A stretch of DNA of 51,899 bases, the filler included, from Basidioascus undulatus (lineage: Eukaryota): NCBI GenBank assembly GCA_000826855.1. It is 3 parts of 3 records of this genome, joined end to end, with 100 filler letters (N's around TTAATTAATTAA, not from the genome) between each part and the next. Parts side by side here need not be neighbours in the genome. Positions count along the whole stretch, not along the records: positions 20,132 to 35,970 come from JTLS01000621.1; 2 more parts are not named here. The stretch is one strand, 5' to 3'. Position 1 is the stretch's first letter. The number at the start of each line of letters is the position of its first letter. Under the pieces are notes generated by a model that did no database searches, was not told the DNA's origin, and saw only the letters and a program-made list of their open reading frames with translations. Below are positions 22,799 through 35,547 of the stretch, piece by piece. The position numbers and the translations under genes are program-made.

Positions 22799-23559
22799 GG
22801 GGGGTGAGATTCTGGAAGGTGTGGCCATTTCATCAGATACTGTAGATATTCTTTTTTCATCCATTTTGTGTGTTGTGTACAAGACGCGAGCAACGCATCC
22901 AGCTAGCAGGGAGCCGGAATGCTGCGGGGGACGACGCACGTCCACTGGTGATCCCGCCTGAAAGCCCTTCTAATGCCTTACAAGACCTGGCATTGCTTAT
23001 CAGCATATAGTTGACCTCGACCCCTCATAGATCTGTAAGGCTTGAAACTCAGCTATGCTTTATAATTAGCCGAGAATGGAGCTCTACGGATGATGCTGTC
23101 TTTCTGAGTTGATGAAAGCCTCACGGGGCTCCTTATGTCTGGCAGTGGAAGGACACGGTATCAGGATAAAGCAGGGATATGCAGACCATGACAGGGACTA
23201 CCGGCAAGCGGATGACATTGCTGTCTGGATTGTCACTCAAGGACTTGTTCGCCTGGATGAGGAATAGGGATAAAAATGAAGAAAGGTTCATATGGCCTTT
23301 GAGAGCGGAAGGAGGAAGGGAAGAATTAAAGCGAAAGAGAAGGCTATAGAGAGGGAGAGAAACGGAGAGCGACGGAAGGTCAGAGAAGAATGGGAGGCCA
23401 GAAGACAGAGGCAAGGTGCGATGATCGCCATTTTGAACGAGGTCGTGTAGTGTCGAGGGACGCTTTGGCGATGAGGAATAGAGGTCTTCGTAAGTCCCAT
23501 CCCGCTTGTATTACCCGTGACGTGAGGCCATCCCTGCTTGGCACCTTGTCGGGCCACGT

Positions 23560-23860
23560 TAAAGGCTACCTTGTTCAAGTTCGTGTATCTGGAATTCGGG
23601 GGTGGTGGATGAGTAGCCGCTGAGCGTGTCAGCGTCGTTCTTGTCGGCGTTGTCCAGGTCCTCCGCTACGAAGTTCGTCCGAAAGAGGTCAGCTTGTTCT
23701 TCGGGTGTCACAGTATAGGTGCCGTCGGGTCGTTTTAAAGGAAAAGAGGGTGCCGGGAGGATCCTCCCATAGCCTACTTTGAAGCTGTTAGTTCGGTAAA
23801 GGTTAGAAAGGCACTCACGCCAGTGGGCGCGCTTGTGTATTAAGTGCAAGTTTGGTAACG
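23560..23860 (-). mobile_element. Degenerate non-LTR (LINE/Tad1-like) ORF2 fragment
   Basis: HWRECLSNL...PSFPLKRPDGTYTVTPEEQADLFRTNF resembles the endonuclease-RT linker of fungal LINEs. No intact RT core is visible. Confidence 0.45.
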
Positions 23861-24343
23861 ATTGGGAGATGGTCCGAGCCATAGCCGTGTTCGGGCGTGA
23901 CGAGACACTTAATCATCAAGTGGATCACAGCGTCATTAGTGGAAACGAGGTCAAGGTGCTATGGGCGTCATAATGAAATGTGGGTTCGCCCGCGGGCGAG
24001 ATGAGCTCTAGGCTGTTGTTGTACCCTTCTTGTGCCCATTAGCGGCGTTGCATGCAGAGCCCTTAACTCCTAACCTTTTCAGGTACGACGATGGCCACAG
24101 AAAAGCACCGGCAACAAGCAGCCAGCAATCGTAGCATTCAGTTCGGGCAACAAATGAATATTCGTCTCGTCCAGCCCAAAGTACATGATGTGAGCATATG
24201 CAGGCCAAAGGACAGCCCAGCAGATGTGGTCTGAGGCACGGATCTGAACATTGTCGGAAAGCGGGCCAAGGCGGACGGTGGTAAGAATGTAAACAGCGAG
24301 GGCGAAAGGCGGCAGGAAACGCACAGTGGACGGGAGGCCGAGC

Positions 24344-25210
24344 TTAAGCCTCGCGGCGAGTGAGGCGAATATAGAGGTTCATGGGACGAATGAGCTGGAT
24401 CTCGGGGTCGTACTCGATCGGCTCGTTGCCGACGCGCTCAATGTGGTAGCGGCGAACGAAGATGCCAAGGAAGATGCGCATCTCTTGAAGGGCAAAGTTG
24501 AAGCCGATGCACGAGCGACAGGTACTCCCACTTGGTACGATTCTTGACCTTGTCCGTATGCCAACGGTCGGGGTCGAACCGCTCGGGGTTGTCCCTTCTC
24601 GCAGGGTTGTAGTGGATCGAGTACAGCGACGTGACAATCACGGAGCCCTTCTTCATGCGGTGCCCGCCAGGAGCAGTTGTCTTGCTGCGCCGTACGGCCC
24701 GGTTGGTAGGACGGGCCGTGCATGCGCAGCGCCTCCTTGAGGAACTGGAAACCGAGGGCACGCCGCCGTCAGACTACCGATCGCAGAAACAGACGGAGGG
24801 AGGACGCACGCCTTCGAGGAAGACGAGCTTCTCGAACACCTCCGGAGTCCACTCCGTGTTAATGTCGATGTCGTTGTCCACGAGCTCCTGCAGGAGCCGC
24901 TCCTGCATGCAGGGGTACGTTGCCAGCGAGTAGAGGAGCCACGCCATCGAGGACGACGTGGTGGTGAATCCAGCGCCAGTAATAACAATGAGGTTCTGTA
25001 GGCGTCACATCGGAAAGCGTTGTCAGATTCTCGTTCCCACTCTTCCGAGTCGAGGGAAACAGGGGTAAGGGACATACCTGAAGGACAAGGCGACGGGGGA
25101 GCTTCTCGCCCTTGTCGTCGGCCGCACGCAGGAGGTAGTCGAGGATGCACTCGGCCTGTATGGCCGCGTCGTTGATGGGGAGGTCCGGCTTGGGCGGCTG
25201 GTTGGGCTTT
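24344..25210 (-). pseudogene. Cytochrome P450 pseudogene, C-terminal half only
   Basis: I-helix ITGAGFTTTS, QERLLQEL, NPERFDPDRW and RSCIGFNFALQE fall in different frames. The ExxR region is frameshifted and the FxxG before the heme Cys is missing. Introns are retained. Confidence 0.88.
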
Positions 25211-25439
25211 GGAAGAGTCCAAGTTGCCATGAAAGCAGAAGGCCAAGCCATTGTAGACGGCTTCTGACTGTTAAACAACTGCGCGACACAAAGATAGTCT
25301 GTAATCTCTGGAAGATCAACATAAGAATACATGATGAAACAAGGAGCATGATGGGAAACAGAGAGGAGGATGAAACTGGAAACTGAGAAAAGCAGCAACG
25401 GAGGAAGGAGTCAAACGTTGACGATACGACCAGTCCTTT

Positions 25440-25830
25440 GACCTCAACCTTGCCTCTGCGGCCTTCACGTCTGCTTCGCGGACTTGCTCACGTGAAGATG
25501 CTCAACATTCAGAATCGGCAACGGCGACGGCGACTGGGACTTGGGCGGCGTCTGCGGTTCAGGCGAAACCGATGCTCTGGCCTCCAGGCTAGGCGAAGGC
25601 AGGCGCGGTACGCTGGTCAGGAGCTTGCCCGCTGGGCCGGGCTTCACGGTCTTCCAGATTGTAACCGTTGAGCTGAGCGAGAAGTGCGGCTATGAGCGAG
25701 AAGTGCGGCTATGGCAAGGAGTGCACTCATATCTAGGAAAATGCGCGCTCTGCGGCAGCGACCACTGCGGCACCGCTAAAGAGTGCCCCAAACGCAAGGA
25801 CGCTTACGAGCGCCATCGACATAGACATGC
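25440..25830 (+). mobile_element. Retroelement gag-like remnant with zinc knuckle
   Basis: KCALCGSDHCGTAKECPKR resembles the second knuckle of fungal LINE ORF1. Includes a 19-bp tandem duplication at 25674-25711. Confidence 0.45.
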
Positions 25831-26049
25831 GCAGAAGGACCCCTCTTCCCCATCCCAAAATCGATGACTAACTTCCGCGCAATCACTTATGTGGATTTCT
25901 GGGCAAAGACGTCGCAGATGGCATTGCTCTCAATGCAACCTGTGTCCCCGACAACGCACCTCGCCGACCTGACAACCCCGCAGCTGCTTCTCTCCCGGAG
26001 CTTCCCCCGGCCCTCCCTGATCTGCCTGACTATATCGACACTATCCAGA

Positions 26050-26555
26050 CTATCTATCCCCAAGTACCACAACCTCCTCTCGGCCTTCTCCAAGTCAAAA
26101 GCGGACAAGCTTCCTCCACATTGCCCCTATGACCATGCCATCAACCACGAACCCAGCACCTCTCCTCTGTACGGGCCGCTCTACTCCCTCTATGAGCCCG
26201 AGCTCAGGTTGGTCTCGTCCTGACTCAAGGAGAACATCTCCAGGGGCTTCGTCCGCGCTTTCCGGTCTTCCGCCAGCGCCCCAATTAAGTTCGTCAAGAA
26301 GAAGGACAGCTCCCTCTGCCTTTGTACCGACTACCGCGGCTTAACTGCATCACGATCAAGAACTGTCACCCACTCCCACTCATCTCTGATACCCTCGATA
26401 GACTCCAGGGTGCCAAGGTCATACCAAGCTCGACCTCCGTAGCATCTACAACCTCCTTCGCATCAAGCACGGTGACGAGTGGAAACCCACCTTTCACACG
26501 CGTTACGGCAACCTCGAGTGTCTCGTCATGCACTTCAGTCTCACCAACGCTCTTC
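26050..26555 (+). mobile_element. Ty3/Gypsy (Tf2-like) reverse transcriptase fragment, degenerate
   Basis: [86 protein letters not shown] and TRYG. Contains a stop at 26221 and frameshifts. Confidence 0.92.
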
Positions 26556-29500
26556 TACCGTTCAAATAAGAGGTTCTAGACTGTATGCTCTTTGACCTTG
26601 AGGAGCCTTTCGACACTCTGCGCCTGCATGCCGCCTCTCGTGCTTTAAAACATTGTCGTTCGTGAGCGAGTAGGCTGGCCTCCGCCATCCGCCTTCCGCC
26701 ATCCACCATCCGCCATCCTGTGGAATGCTACCCGAACGCATCCTTACCTTGCGTATAGTTTTCATCCTGCTCCTGCCTCGCGCTGACCCATCCGCTGCTG
26801 TGTTATTTTCTCCTCTCGGTGTCGGTCCAAGTATTGATGCGCATGCGGTTTAATAGCTGCGCGGTCTATTCGAAGCTGCTGAAAGCGCGCCCATCACGCC
26901 TCTGTCCGAGAGCGAGTCCCTCCAGTCGATGGGCGTCCGAATTCTCGTTCGGTCGACTGTTAAGCGCGTTGGTGATGTGTCGCAAGGCCAGAAGTGTCGT
27001 GAGGCTCCCGCGTGAGCCTTTCAACTGTGGCGGCAGTTTGGACATCCGCCGAACGACGAGCTCGACAGATTGGCACCGCAGGACCTTGAATTGCCTTCCC
27101 ATTCAAGAAGCTGACGTCAGACCATGCACATACGCAAACCATCCCACACCTAGTGACCAGAAGTAATTGCTGGGAATTGAGTAAAAGAGCGGCATCCAGC
27201 TTCGCGGAGGTTCACATTAGGGGGTCGTCCAACGGTACAGACAACCAGAGAATGAGCTCGGCGGTTCCATTTACTGGGAGACAGTCGAGTGCCTGGCTGA
27301 GCGTGGAGACAGGCGGCGAAAGCCGAAGGCTTCGCGTGTTCGAAAGCGTCTCGATGATCTCGAGATGCTTGGACACGCAGATAGCGTCTGCTAACTCTAT
27401 CGGCTTGAACGTGTCGGTGCAGACAGAGATACCCTGCTGAGTTGCGATAGTGCTTGTGGAAAGACCTGAGAGATCGAAGTACGACTTGTGCAGCGCGGGA
27501 TAGGGCGATGCCGCTGAGTGTGCATGTTCTTTGTACGTGGGTGGAGGCGGGTGGGTATGAAACTGGCGAGGATGGAGAGAGGCCGAGTGCCGACGACTAG
27601 TCGGAAGCGCCTGTTAGTGGATGACAGTCTGAAAGCTACTGCGAGGTCGGATGAAACGTGCATTGGGTTCAGCACCTGCGCACTCGGGAAGCTACCACAA
27701 TACGGGTTTGGCGGCCACCCGTTGTCGTTGTCGCAGACGCAAGCAGACGCTCGTGCGGTACAGAGTGGTTCTCGCCACGCTGAGCTGGTCAGGGCATTGA
27801 GCGAGAGCATTGTGCTCGACTTGCGGTTGCCTCGTCCCACCAGCTTGGCGCTTCTTTCCTGTCCAGTTCGTCCCGTTGCCTACCTTCCCCCTCCCTTCCC
27901 CCGAACATCCAAACCAAAGTTACTCCAGCTCTCTTATGACCACCTCACACCCTATTACTCTGCTTCCCAACTCTTCTCATTCTCCCCATGGACCATCGCC
28001 TCGTGGGGGGGCAGGCCCGGATCGCAGATGCGCCGTTCAGAGGGGTAACGCAGCTGACATTGTCTGTGGTGCAGCATCGCAGCTGGTGCGGTCGCCGTTG
28101 TACTGTAAGTTGAAAGCAGATATGAGCATATAAAAGGAAGATGCGCGGAGGATGGACACGAACTTCGGTTTTACAGGTGCGACAGGGCTCGCAAGCCAGT
28201 CCGGGGAGGTTCCATCAGTTCACTTTTTGTCCGCTCATGCAAGGGCGCGAGTCAGGTTAGGAAAGGAAGGCACCTACGGTATGTGCTGACTAATTTTGGG
28301 TCCCGTACGGCGCGCATAAGCTCGTCCAGGCAGACCGTCGACATTGACAAGAGAAGGATTCGGAATCGCGGCTTGCTGTAAGTGGGAGGTGATTCTTCGC
28401 CGTCGACGTTGTCGTGCGAGTCGCACGTGAGTCCGGAGAACAGCATCGCCGGTGATCCTGTTGAGGGAAAAGCGAGCGGGATTGGCGTGCTGCTGGACAT
28501 CGTCGTCGTCGTTATCGTCGTCTTTGAATGGAATGGAGACCAAGAAGGAAGAAAGGGGGTTTTCGTGCACAGACTGCGTATGTGAAGAGTGTAGGATTCT
28601 TTGTGGTGTGTGCTGCTTTTGGCGTGCTGTGCGTGTTCTGCCGACAGTGGTGTGGATCGGGTCTAAAGAGATCGAGCCGCAAGCCATTGCCGTCTGGCTG
28701 CAGGGATTTGGGCGGTCAAGGGGCAAGAAGAAACCGCCGAGTGACAGGCTGCGCTGAATTCTGCAGACCTCCTCCTCACCAAGGCAGTCTCGCTCGTGGC
28801 ACTCGAAAGTCTGGGCGCGTATGATGCCAGAGAGATTCGTAGCAACCCTAATCGAGCACTCTCTGCACTTGACCTCAACCCTTCTCACAGCAGCATCCCG
28901 TGCCTTCAAGCGAGCGCAGCGAGAGAGCGTACGGCGGATGGAGGCAGCGGAGCAAGGTCAAACGGTGGCAGACGAGACACAGTAGCGATGGCAGGATGTA
29001 TGGGACAGGGACCGCTGCCCACCCGGTGAGCTGTCCTCCGCTGCTCCCCCCCTGGACTTGACCGTGACAGGCCTGTGGTCATTCACCCCTGCCTCGATCA
29101 TGGTCCTGCGAGTGTACCTCAATCACAAGTCCTGCGGAGGTGATGGGTTGCATGCCCGCATCCTCCACGTCCTCTCCGGTCATCCAGAACCCGCTTCCTT
29201 TCTTCTCCCATCTTCGTCAACCTCTTCACCCTCTCTGCAGCGATGCTTGGACCCCAAAGCGCTAGGGTGAATGTGTCGTCTCTCTCCCCAAGAACACAGA
29301 CGATGTGTCGACTGCTTTCAGCTCTCATCGGATCTCTCTCACAATCATGCTCCGCTGTCTCTTTGAAATGGTGCTGTTCTAGTCCTCCCCTTTCGTTGCC
29401 TGGTGCAATGCTTTTTTCCTTCCGGGTTTTGATTCGGCCGTGAGCAGTAGCTCGACACAGCATTCTGCGACGAGCACGCGTACTGTAATGAAGGAGGAAG

Positions 29501-30804
29501 AGAAGGGGGGCGAAGCCGTCATATCGCGATCAGTACCTAGTTGGCATTGCTTCTCTGCGAGACCCCTGAGCTTTTGCGAGCCCGCCCCTTCTTCACTTGA
29601 ACGGGAGTATAAGCCGAAGCTAGGGGGATGGTGGGCGTGAGGACGTGTAATGTCGGTAGTCTCGCTGCCCCCGCCCTTCTACAACCGCGGCACCCAAAAC
29701 CTGGAGACGCTCTAATATTGCGAGGACCGGCATGCCATCTGGATGAAAATTGCGATTAGTGATGTAAAGTCAAGCACAACCATGCAGCTATAGAGTGTAT
29801 TCTGGTGTTTTGCCTGGTAATCCCCTGTGTGGCTGTCTTCCAGGCTCGCACTCAAAGGCTGCCAGCATAATGGCCATCTCATCTCACATTGATCTACCGT
29901 CTTCGCTGAAGCCAAGCTCAATAATTCGAACAAGAAATGAAGAACAACCACAATCTCTCCAACGTTGCTGATGACTTTCTGGAGGCTCCAAACCGTTGCA
30001 AGTCCGCCTCATTAATGGATGTAAGTGTCCTGTATACATTATCAGAGCATGTTGCAGTATGATGAAGGACCGCACGCCGCCACAAAACCTGGCGTGGAAA
30101 GTAACAGCGACGTAGGTAGACCAGTGTCGCGTAGTATAGCGTGCTCTGCTCAAAGTGAACAGTTCTGGGTGCCGCAAGCTTCAACAGAACATGGTTATCC
30201 AGTAAGCACCCTTTTATGAACAAAGGACGAACGGAAGAAATACCAAGGTATGCTAGAAAGCGACCGCGGCAGCTTGATGGAGCAAACATCAAAGGACATC
30301 CCCCCAGCCGATCCAGCGACGACAACTGTGTGGAGAAAGAACCTTGCGCTCATGTCGAGGACCATTCAACAGATCCCATGATTCTCATCTGGTTGAACCG
30401 CTATGGGGGAGCACATCGTTAAGCCGGATAGTTGGTCGGTTGTGATCAACCACTCTCCTGCTCACAACACGGCAGTACGCACCACGTACGTTCTGCTGCG
30501 GCTCATCAGCTACCGCAGGTGATGGCCCTCTACATTTATACATCGAATCAACCTCAACGCATCATCTCGAGGTGGTTCCTGTTCTTGAAACGTGAACGCA
30601 CGTGCACGTGGCATGAGCCTCGCCAAAACAGGGGCTCCTCGACGCGTCTCCAAACCGTCGCATCGGCTGATCAGTCGCCCTCCCTCGTCTTCTCTTCCAC
30701 CATTACCCTCACGCGTTTACGACCTTTCACGACTTACGATCCTATTACGACCTTCTTATCCGCCTCGATACCGCACCAACTCCCCAATCTCCTCTCTGAG
30801 CACA

Positions 30805-31228
30805 ATGGGCTGCGTCTGGTGCGACTTCTCAGTCGACCGCCAGGGTCTGTACGCGTTCGGAGCGATTGACGCGATTGGACCCCTTGCACAGCTCCGCGTT
30901 TGCTAGCACCTTCGAATTCATCGGGAAGGCGCTCGTTAGTGCGTATGCTTTCCAGACTCTCGATGCGACAAACGTCGCTAACCGGCCTGTCGGTCTTCGC
31001 AGCCATCGTCGGCTGGGTTGCATCCCTCATCGAGCTGCTCCTCTCCACAATCTTCCACTTCCTCTCCGGACTTTGCAACTGCTTTGCAGGTACGTGACAG
31101 AGGCAGTCCCCGCGCCGATGATCGTCCCACTGAAGCCCATGGGATTGCGGTCAGATGCAATGTGTTGCTGTCGGCCCGATCGGGGGAATGAAGCAAGGGC
31201 ACGCAGGAGTGAAAGCTGGGTAGCTTAA
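30805..31228 (+). CDS. Small Cys-rich membrane protein (about 83 aa, four exons)
   Basis: Three GT-AG introns (donors GTACGC, GTGCGT, GTACGT) splice in frame to MGCVWCDFSVDRQGLSAFASTFEFIGKALVTIVGWVASLIELLLSTIFHFLSGLCNCFADAMCCCRPDRGNEARARRSESWVA*. Confidence 0.72.
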
Positions 31229-32247
31229 AGGGACGAGGATTACTCGGAACTAGCATTCATAATAACCGCTTTACTCCATGCTGCAAACTCGCTATACTCG
31301 AAGCGGCAACCGCGGGCGGCAGATTATAAGTACAGTAAGAGCATGACTGTGGCATAAGTGATTGAAGTAGGGAAAAGAAAAACTCAGAGAGTAGTCGGCG
31401 GGGATCGCTTCCAGATTGGTCAAGGCACCCAAAGAAACTCGCCTGTTTGAGTGAGATGCAGAACGAGATGCGGAACAGTGGCAAGGCTCTGCCCGCGGAT
31501 TGGGCGAAGTACCGCGCCGAGGTACTACCTGGCACTACCGTCAAAAAGTTAATACAGTTTCTTGAGCGTATCTACAACTTAATACACTACGAACGAAAGT
31601 AGAGCTGACATAGTGTCAACTGCGGTGTGCCGACGGTGTGTTGGTTCCCATCTTGGCTCCTTCACAGAGTGGGTAGCGCTGCAACTTCGGGAGCCATGAA
31701 GGGACTAGTTACCAGTGAAACGTTGGCTCCAGGTCACACCGAATAATTTTCACGCGACGCTCTTCGTCCTCACCTTTGCTCTGCGCAGCGCTGCTAGGCT
31801 TCGAGAACATGTGCTGTTGCCTAAAATTAGGATGTGCATGCTGGGAGTATGACTTGGGCCTGATGCTCCCAGCGGCTTTTACCTGCATCCTCTATGTACC
31901 TCTCAACCACAGTTTTAAAGCACCTCCACGCGCCCTTTCATGCGATCCCCATTCCGTAGTTGCACTCCGCCGGTGGACCCCTCAGCTGCCATAGGTACCT
32001 CTCAAATGCACTGCGGTCTCTCATGTCGTGTTTCTTGCTAGCCCGTTCTTACCATGCGGCCATACCCAGATGCAGCACATGGTCGACTGATGGACTCAGG
32101 AAGTAGCTCGTCAGCGAGGGATCCAGCTCGATTGAGGGGGATCCAAAGCACATAAAGACACAGCTCCTGCCCTTCACCGAACACAAACCCCAAGTTCCTC
32201 CTGCCCGCTGCTCTTTAGTCAACCAATTTATCTCTCTCATCGCTGAC

Positions 32248-32810
32248 ATGCGTTTCTCTCTCGCCTCGTCCGCCCTGGCCTTTGTCTTGGCTGCCGCGGT
32301 CGTCACGGCAGAGCCCATCGCCGCGCCCGGCCAGACTTGCGTTCTCGAAGTCGGCATCTCCGCAGAGACTCCTCACAAGGCGCGACGAGACGGTGCGGGC
32401 CCACCCACCCGACTTTGACCGCCGCCAGGCCACCGGCGATGGTAACGGTCACGGTGGGGGTGGCCGCGGGTTCGGGCTTGGCGGTCACTTCCATGGCACC
32501 GCAAATCCTCTATGATCCCAAGCAAGTCCTCTTTTTTCATTTGGTTGTGATTCAACTGTGCCTAACATCCCCTTCCGTGGGATTTAGCGGCAACGAGCTT
32601 GGCCACTACGGCGAGTGGCCGCCCAACAGCGGATGGATCACCGTCGACACCAACCAAGTACGTACGACTGTTTGTGCATAGAGCAATCATTTTCTGACGA
32701 CGCATCCCAAGCAGGCCATTCAGGGCTGGAACGAGGTATCCTTCAATCCCAAAGGCTGCGTCAACAACGGGCGTAGGTCGTGGTTTCCTAAAATCGTCCT
32801 CACCACATGA
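32248..32810 (+). pseudogene. Small secreted protein, apparently frameshifted
   Basis: Signal peptide MRFSLASSALAFVLAAAVVTA stops near 32418. Coding-like sequence continues in another frame through two introns (ILYDP|NGNELGHYGEWPPNSGWITVDTNQ|AIQGWNEVSFNPKGC). Confidence 0.5.
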
Positions 32811-33873
32811 GCCACTCTGATAAACGCATGCAACTCCACAGTGGGCTCCTCGGGTGACGCAGTATACTGCGACTCCATCGAGGTAAAGCCCCTTCGAAAC
32901 CCCAGAGAACGCGAAGCTTGAACTGATCACGGCACACACAATACGAGGTCTCCGCCGGTACCCAGAAGTTTGAGTTGACCGACACTTCGCGTTGCTCCCC
33001 CCGCGAGGACTACAAGGACCCCTGGAACGCATGGCCGAGTCGCGCGGCAGCACCTGGAAGTGCGGCTTCGACTGCTAGGCGATGCAGACCTGCCAAGGAT
33101 TCTACCGGTGCGTATTCGGGCGTCTTGGTCCGTACAAGAGTGACAGATTCTCAGCATGTTCTTCATGCTGGCATGGTCAGGGGCATGCATCGTATTACAC
33201 TCCCTGCTTCGCGAGGATGCGGGTTCTCCTTGGGATCCCTCCTCTGTCTCCCGCTTGCACATACCGCTAAGGTCACGGATTACTGGGATAAATAATTGTC
33301 TTTCTTCTTTCGTTACGGACTGCCATAGCCAGCTTGGACCATTGTCAGAGAAGCGTTTGTGCGAGGATTACGGCAAAATCAAACTATGCAAACGCCGTTC
33401 CGTGAAATTTGCATTATAAGAAACTTGTTCACATGAAACTTGTTCACCTGGTTCTCTCTTCTTATACTGGATACTCGAAAACACGTCCTAAGCGCATTAC
33501 TTCTGAGTGCCTGTGGAATATATGGCGCCGATACATGTGGCAAGGCTACAACAAGGACAGTGTACTTTTTAGGTCAGGATTGACCAACGAGCTGGAACTT
33601 CCGAATAGCTCTTGGTTCTCAGTTTGTATCCATCAATACGACGTTCAGTGCGACGTAAATGCTTGCACGAGGCAGCAGATCTTGCCGAGCTGCCCTACCC
33701 TCCCTCTTTCACTCCTCTCACTCTCAGCCTCAGCACAAAAATGACGCCCCAAATTCACCCTGAATTCTCAGACGAAGGGGCGGGAGTTGTTGCCCGTTCC
33801 TCATCCGCTCCTTCCTGACGATCTGCCCTCCGCATAACCCACCTCTTCCCAATAGCACTCCCCAAAGGCCACC

Positions 33874-34656
33874 ATGACCACAATCCACCCCGAATATTAC
33901 GACAAGAATTCCGGCCTGTCCATCGTCTTCTCAGACGACGCCCTGTTCCACCTCAACCCCGATCTTCTGCGGTACAACTCCGCCACGTTCAGAGTCATGC
34001 TCTCCCTCCCCCACAAGGAGGAAGCCGCGGCGCAGCCGATCAGGCTGGCGGAGAGCTCGAAGATCTTGAAGAGGTTCTTTGATCTGTTTGATCCCGAGAA
34101 GGCCGACGGAGCGCTCGACACGCACGTTGTGGTCGATGAGTGTCTCGAGATCCTTCGCGCCGCCGAGAAGTATCAAGCGAACCTCGTGGGCCTGAACATC
34201 GCCCAACACGTGGCCCTCCGTCTGAAAAGGAATCCGTCTAGTTCTGTGGAAGTCTAAGGCGCGATCGCAAGACTGGGGTTCTACAACGCGGCCACCCTCG
34301 TTGTCGAACAGGCTGCAGAGCAGTCGCTCCGCAAGCTGGACGACGCGCTGACGCATAAAATGGGATTTGCGGCATATCAAGGACTGATGAAGGCGCACTT
34401 GGAGTATCCGAGGTCCTTGCGCTCCTGCGACGAGGGCAAGGTTTGATCCGTGGTAGGCCAGCTTTGAGCTTTGGTGCAATGTCAACCTCTTTTTGGAAGC
34501 ATCCTGAGAGGAGGACGAGGGAGGCAGGAGATTCCACATCTGTCATGCAACGATTATTGTAAATCTGGTTGCGTGGGAAATCACAGAGTTTGGTTATCAA
34601 ACCTGCTGGTCGCAACCTCCCAAATGTGGCCACATTGCGGCTGCCCAATGCCATAG
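33874..34656 (+). pseudogene. BTB/POZ-domain protein with premature stops
   Basis: IHPEYYD...SDDALFHL...NSATFRVMLSLP...IRLAESSKILKRFFDL...LRAAEKYQ. TAA at 34255-34257 is followed by in-frame helical-looking sequence and more stops. Confidence 0.75.
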
Positions 34657-34899
34657 CTCTCCCTGGCTTCCGGACTTGAAATTTGTCCTGCCGCATGTTC
34701 GCCCAGTCCCATCACTCTTGACCCCCTAAAAACCGGTCTCAAGTGTTGACGCAAATCTCACAGCTGACGCTAGACGCCGGCCGCAGGCAACCAGCTTGCC
34801 CCCACCCCTCCCTCTTGCGGTGCGGTTGATACCCACTCATATATCGCAGGGGGCAATTTAGTCTTTCGAGACCTACTTTCAGGCAATTTTTTCCTCCCG

Positions 34900-35547
34900 C
34901 TGGTACCGCCGTCTTCTTCACCACCCCCTCCAACACCAAGCTCCAACTGGGCAGCATCGCCGTGTACTGGAACGAGACGATGGGTTCGTTCGACTGGCCG
35001 GACGAGCGGCCCTGTGGCGGCGCGCACATGGGTGACCGTGGAGTGACGGGGTTCTACCACGCGGTAAACGAGACGGGGATGTGGACAGCCAAGAGCCTAA
35101 CGGAGGTGCTCTACGGCGCGAACGGGTACGAGGAGGAGAGGAATGGCATGGAGACGAGGTGGTGCATTAGCCCGCCTTTCAAAAGTACGTGTTTTCCTGT
35201 CGAGTGCGTGGGAGGAAGCTGGCTGATTTTTTGGAGCGGACACAGCCGAGACGTTCCCCATCAACGCTATGTTCGAGGTCGCTGAGGAGAAACCGTCCCA
35301 GCGCGGGGGGACTCAGGCCTTCGCTCCAACGTCAGCTGCTTATTACCTGGAGGCTACCGGAGAAGCGTTGGAGCTGGACTCCCGGGCGGAGCACTCGGCC
35401 CTCGCGCGCTGGGGGGTTTGGGCGGGAGCTGCGCTGGCGAAATGTTGGGTGTTGCATTGTAAAGGCCTGCTTTTGACTAGAGGATCAGGCTATGGACTGT
35501 CGGTGGATGTGTTTGACTCTTGGGGTGTGGGAGTATGCAAAGGCTAG
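34900..35547 (+). pseudogene. Coding-like fragment of unknown family
   Basis: Exon-like AVYWNETMGSFDWPDERPCGG...TRWCISPPF with a GTACGT donor and a downstream hydrophobic tail. No start could be resolved. Confidence 0.3.

Noticed and set aside
22518..22982. Possible second solo LTR (TGTAGCATTA...TAATGCCTTACA)
   Set aside because: The inverted ends need a 2-nt gap and the flanks (AATGG, AGACC) give no target site duplication.
26800..30400. Scattered 60-210 aa ORFs
   Set aside because: No motifs or consistent codon bias. They may be old gene relics but cannot be assigned.
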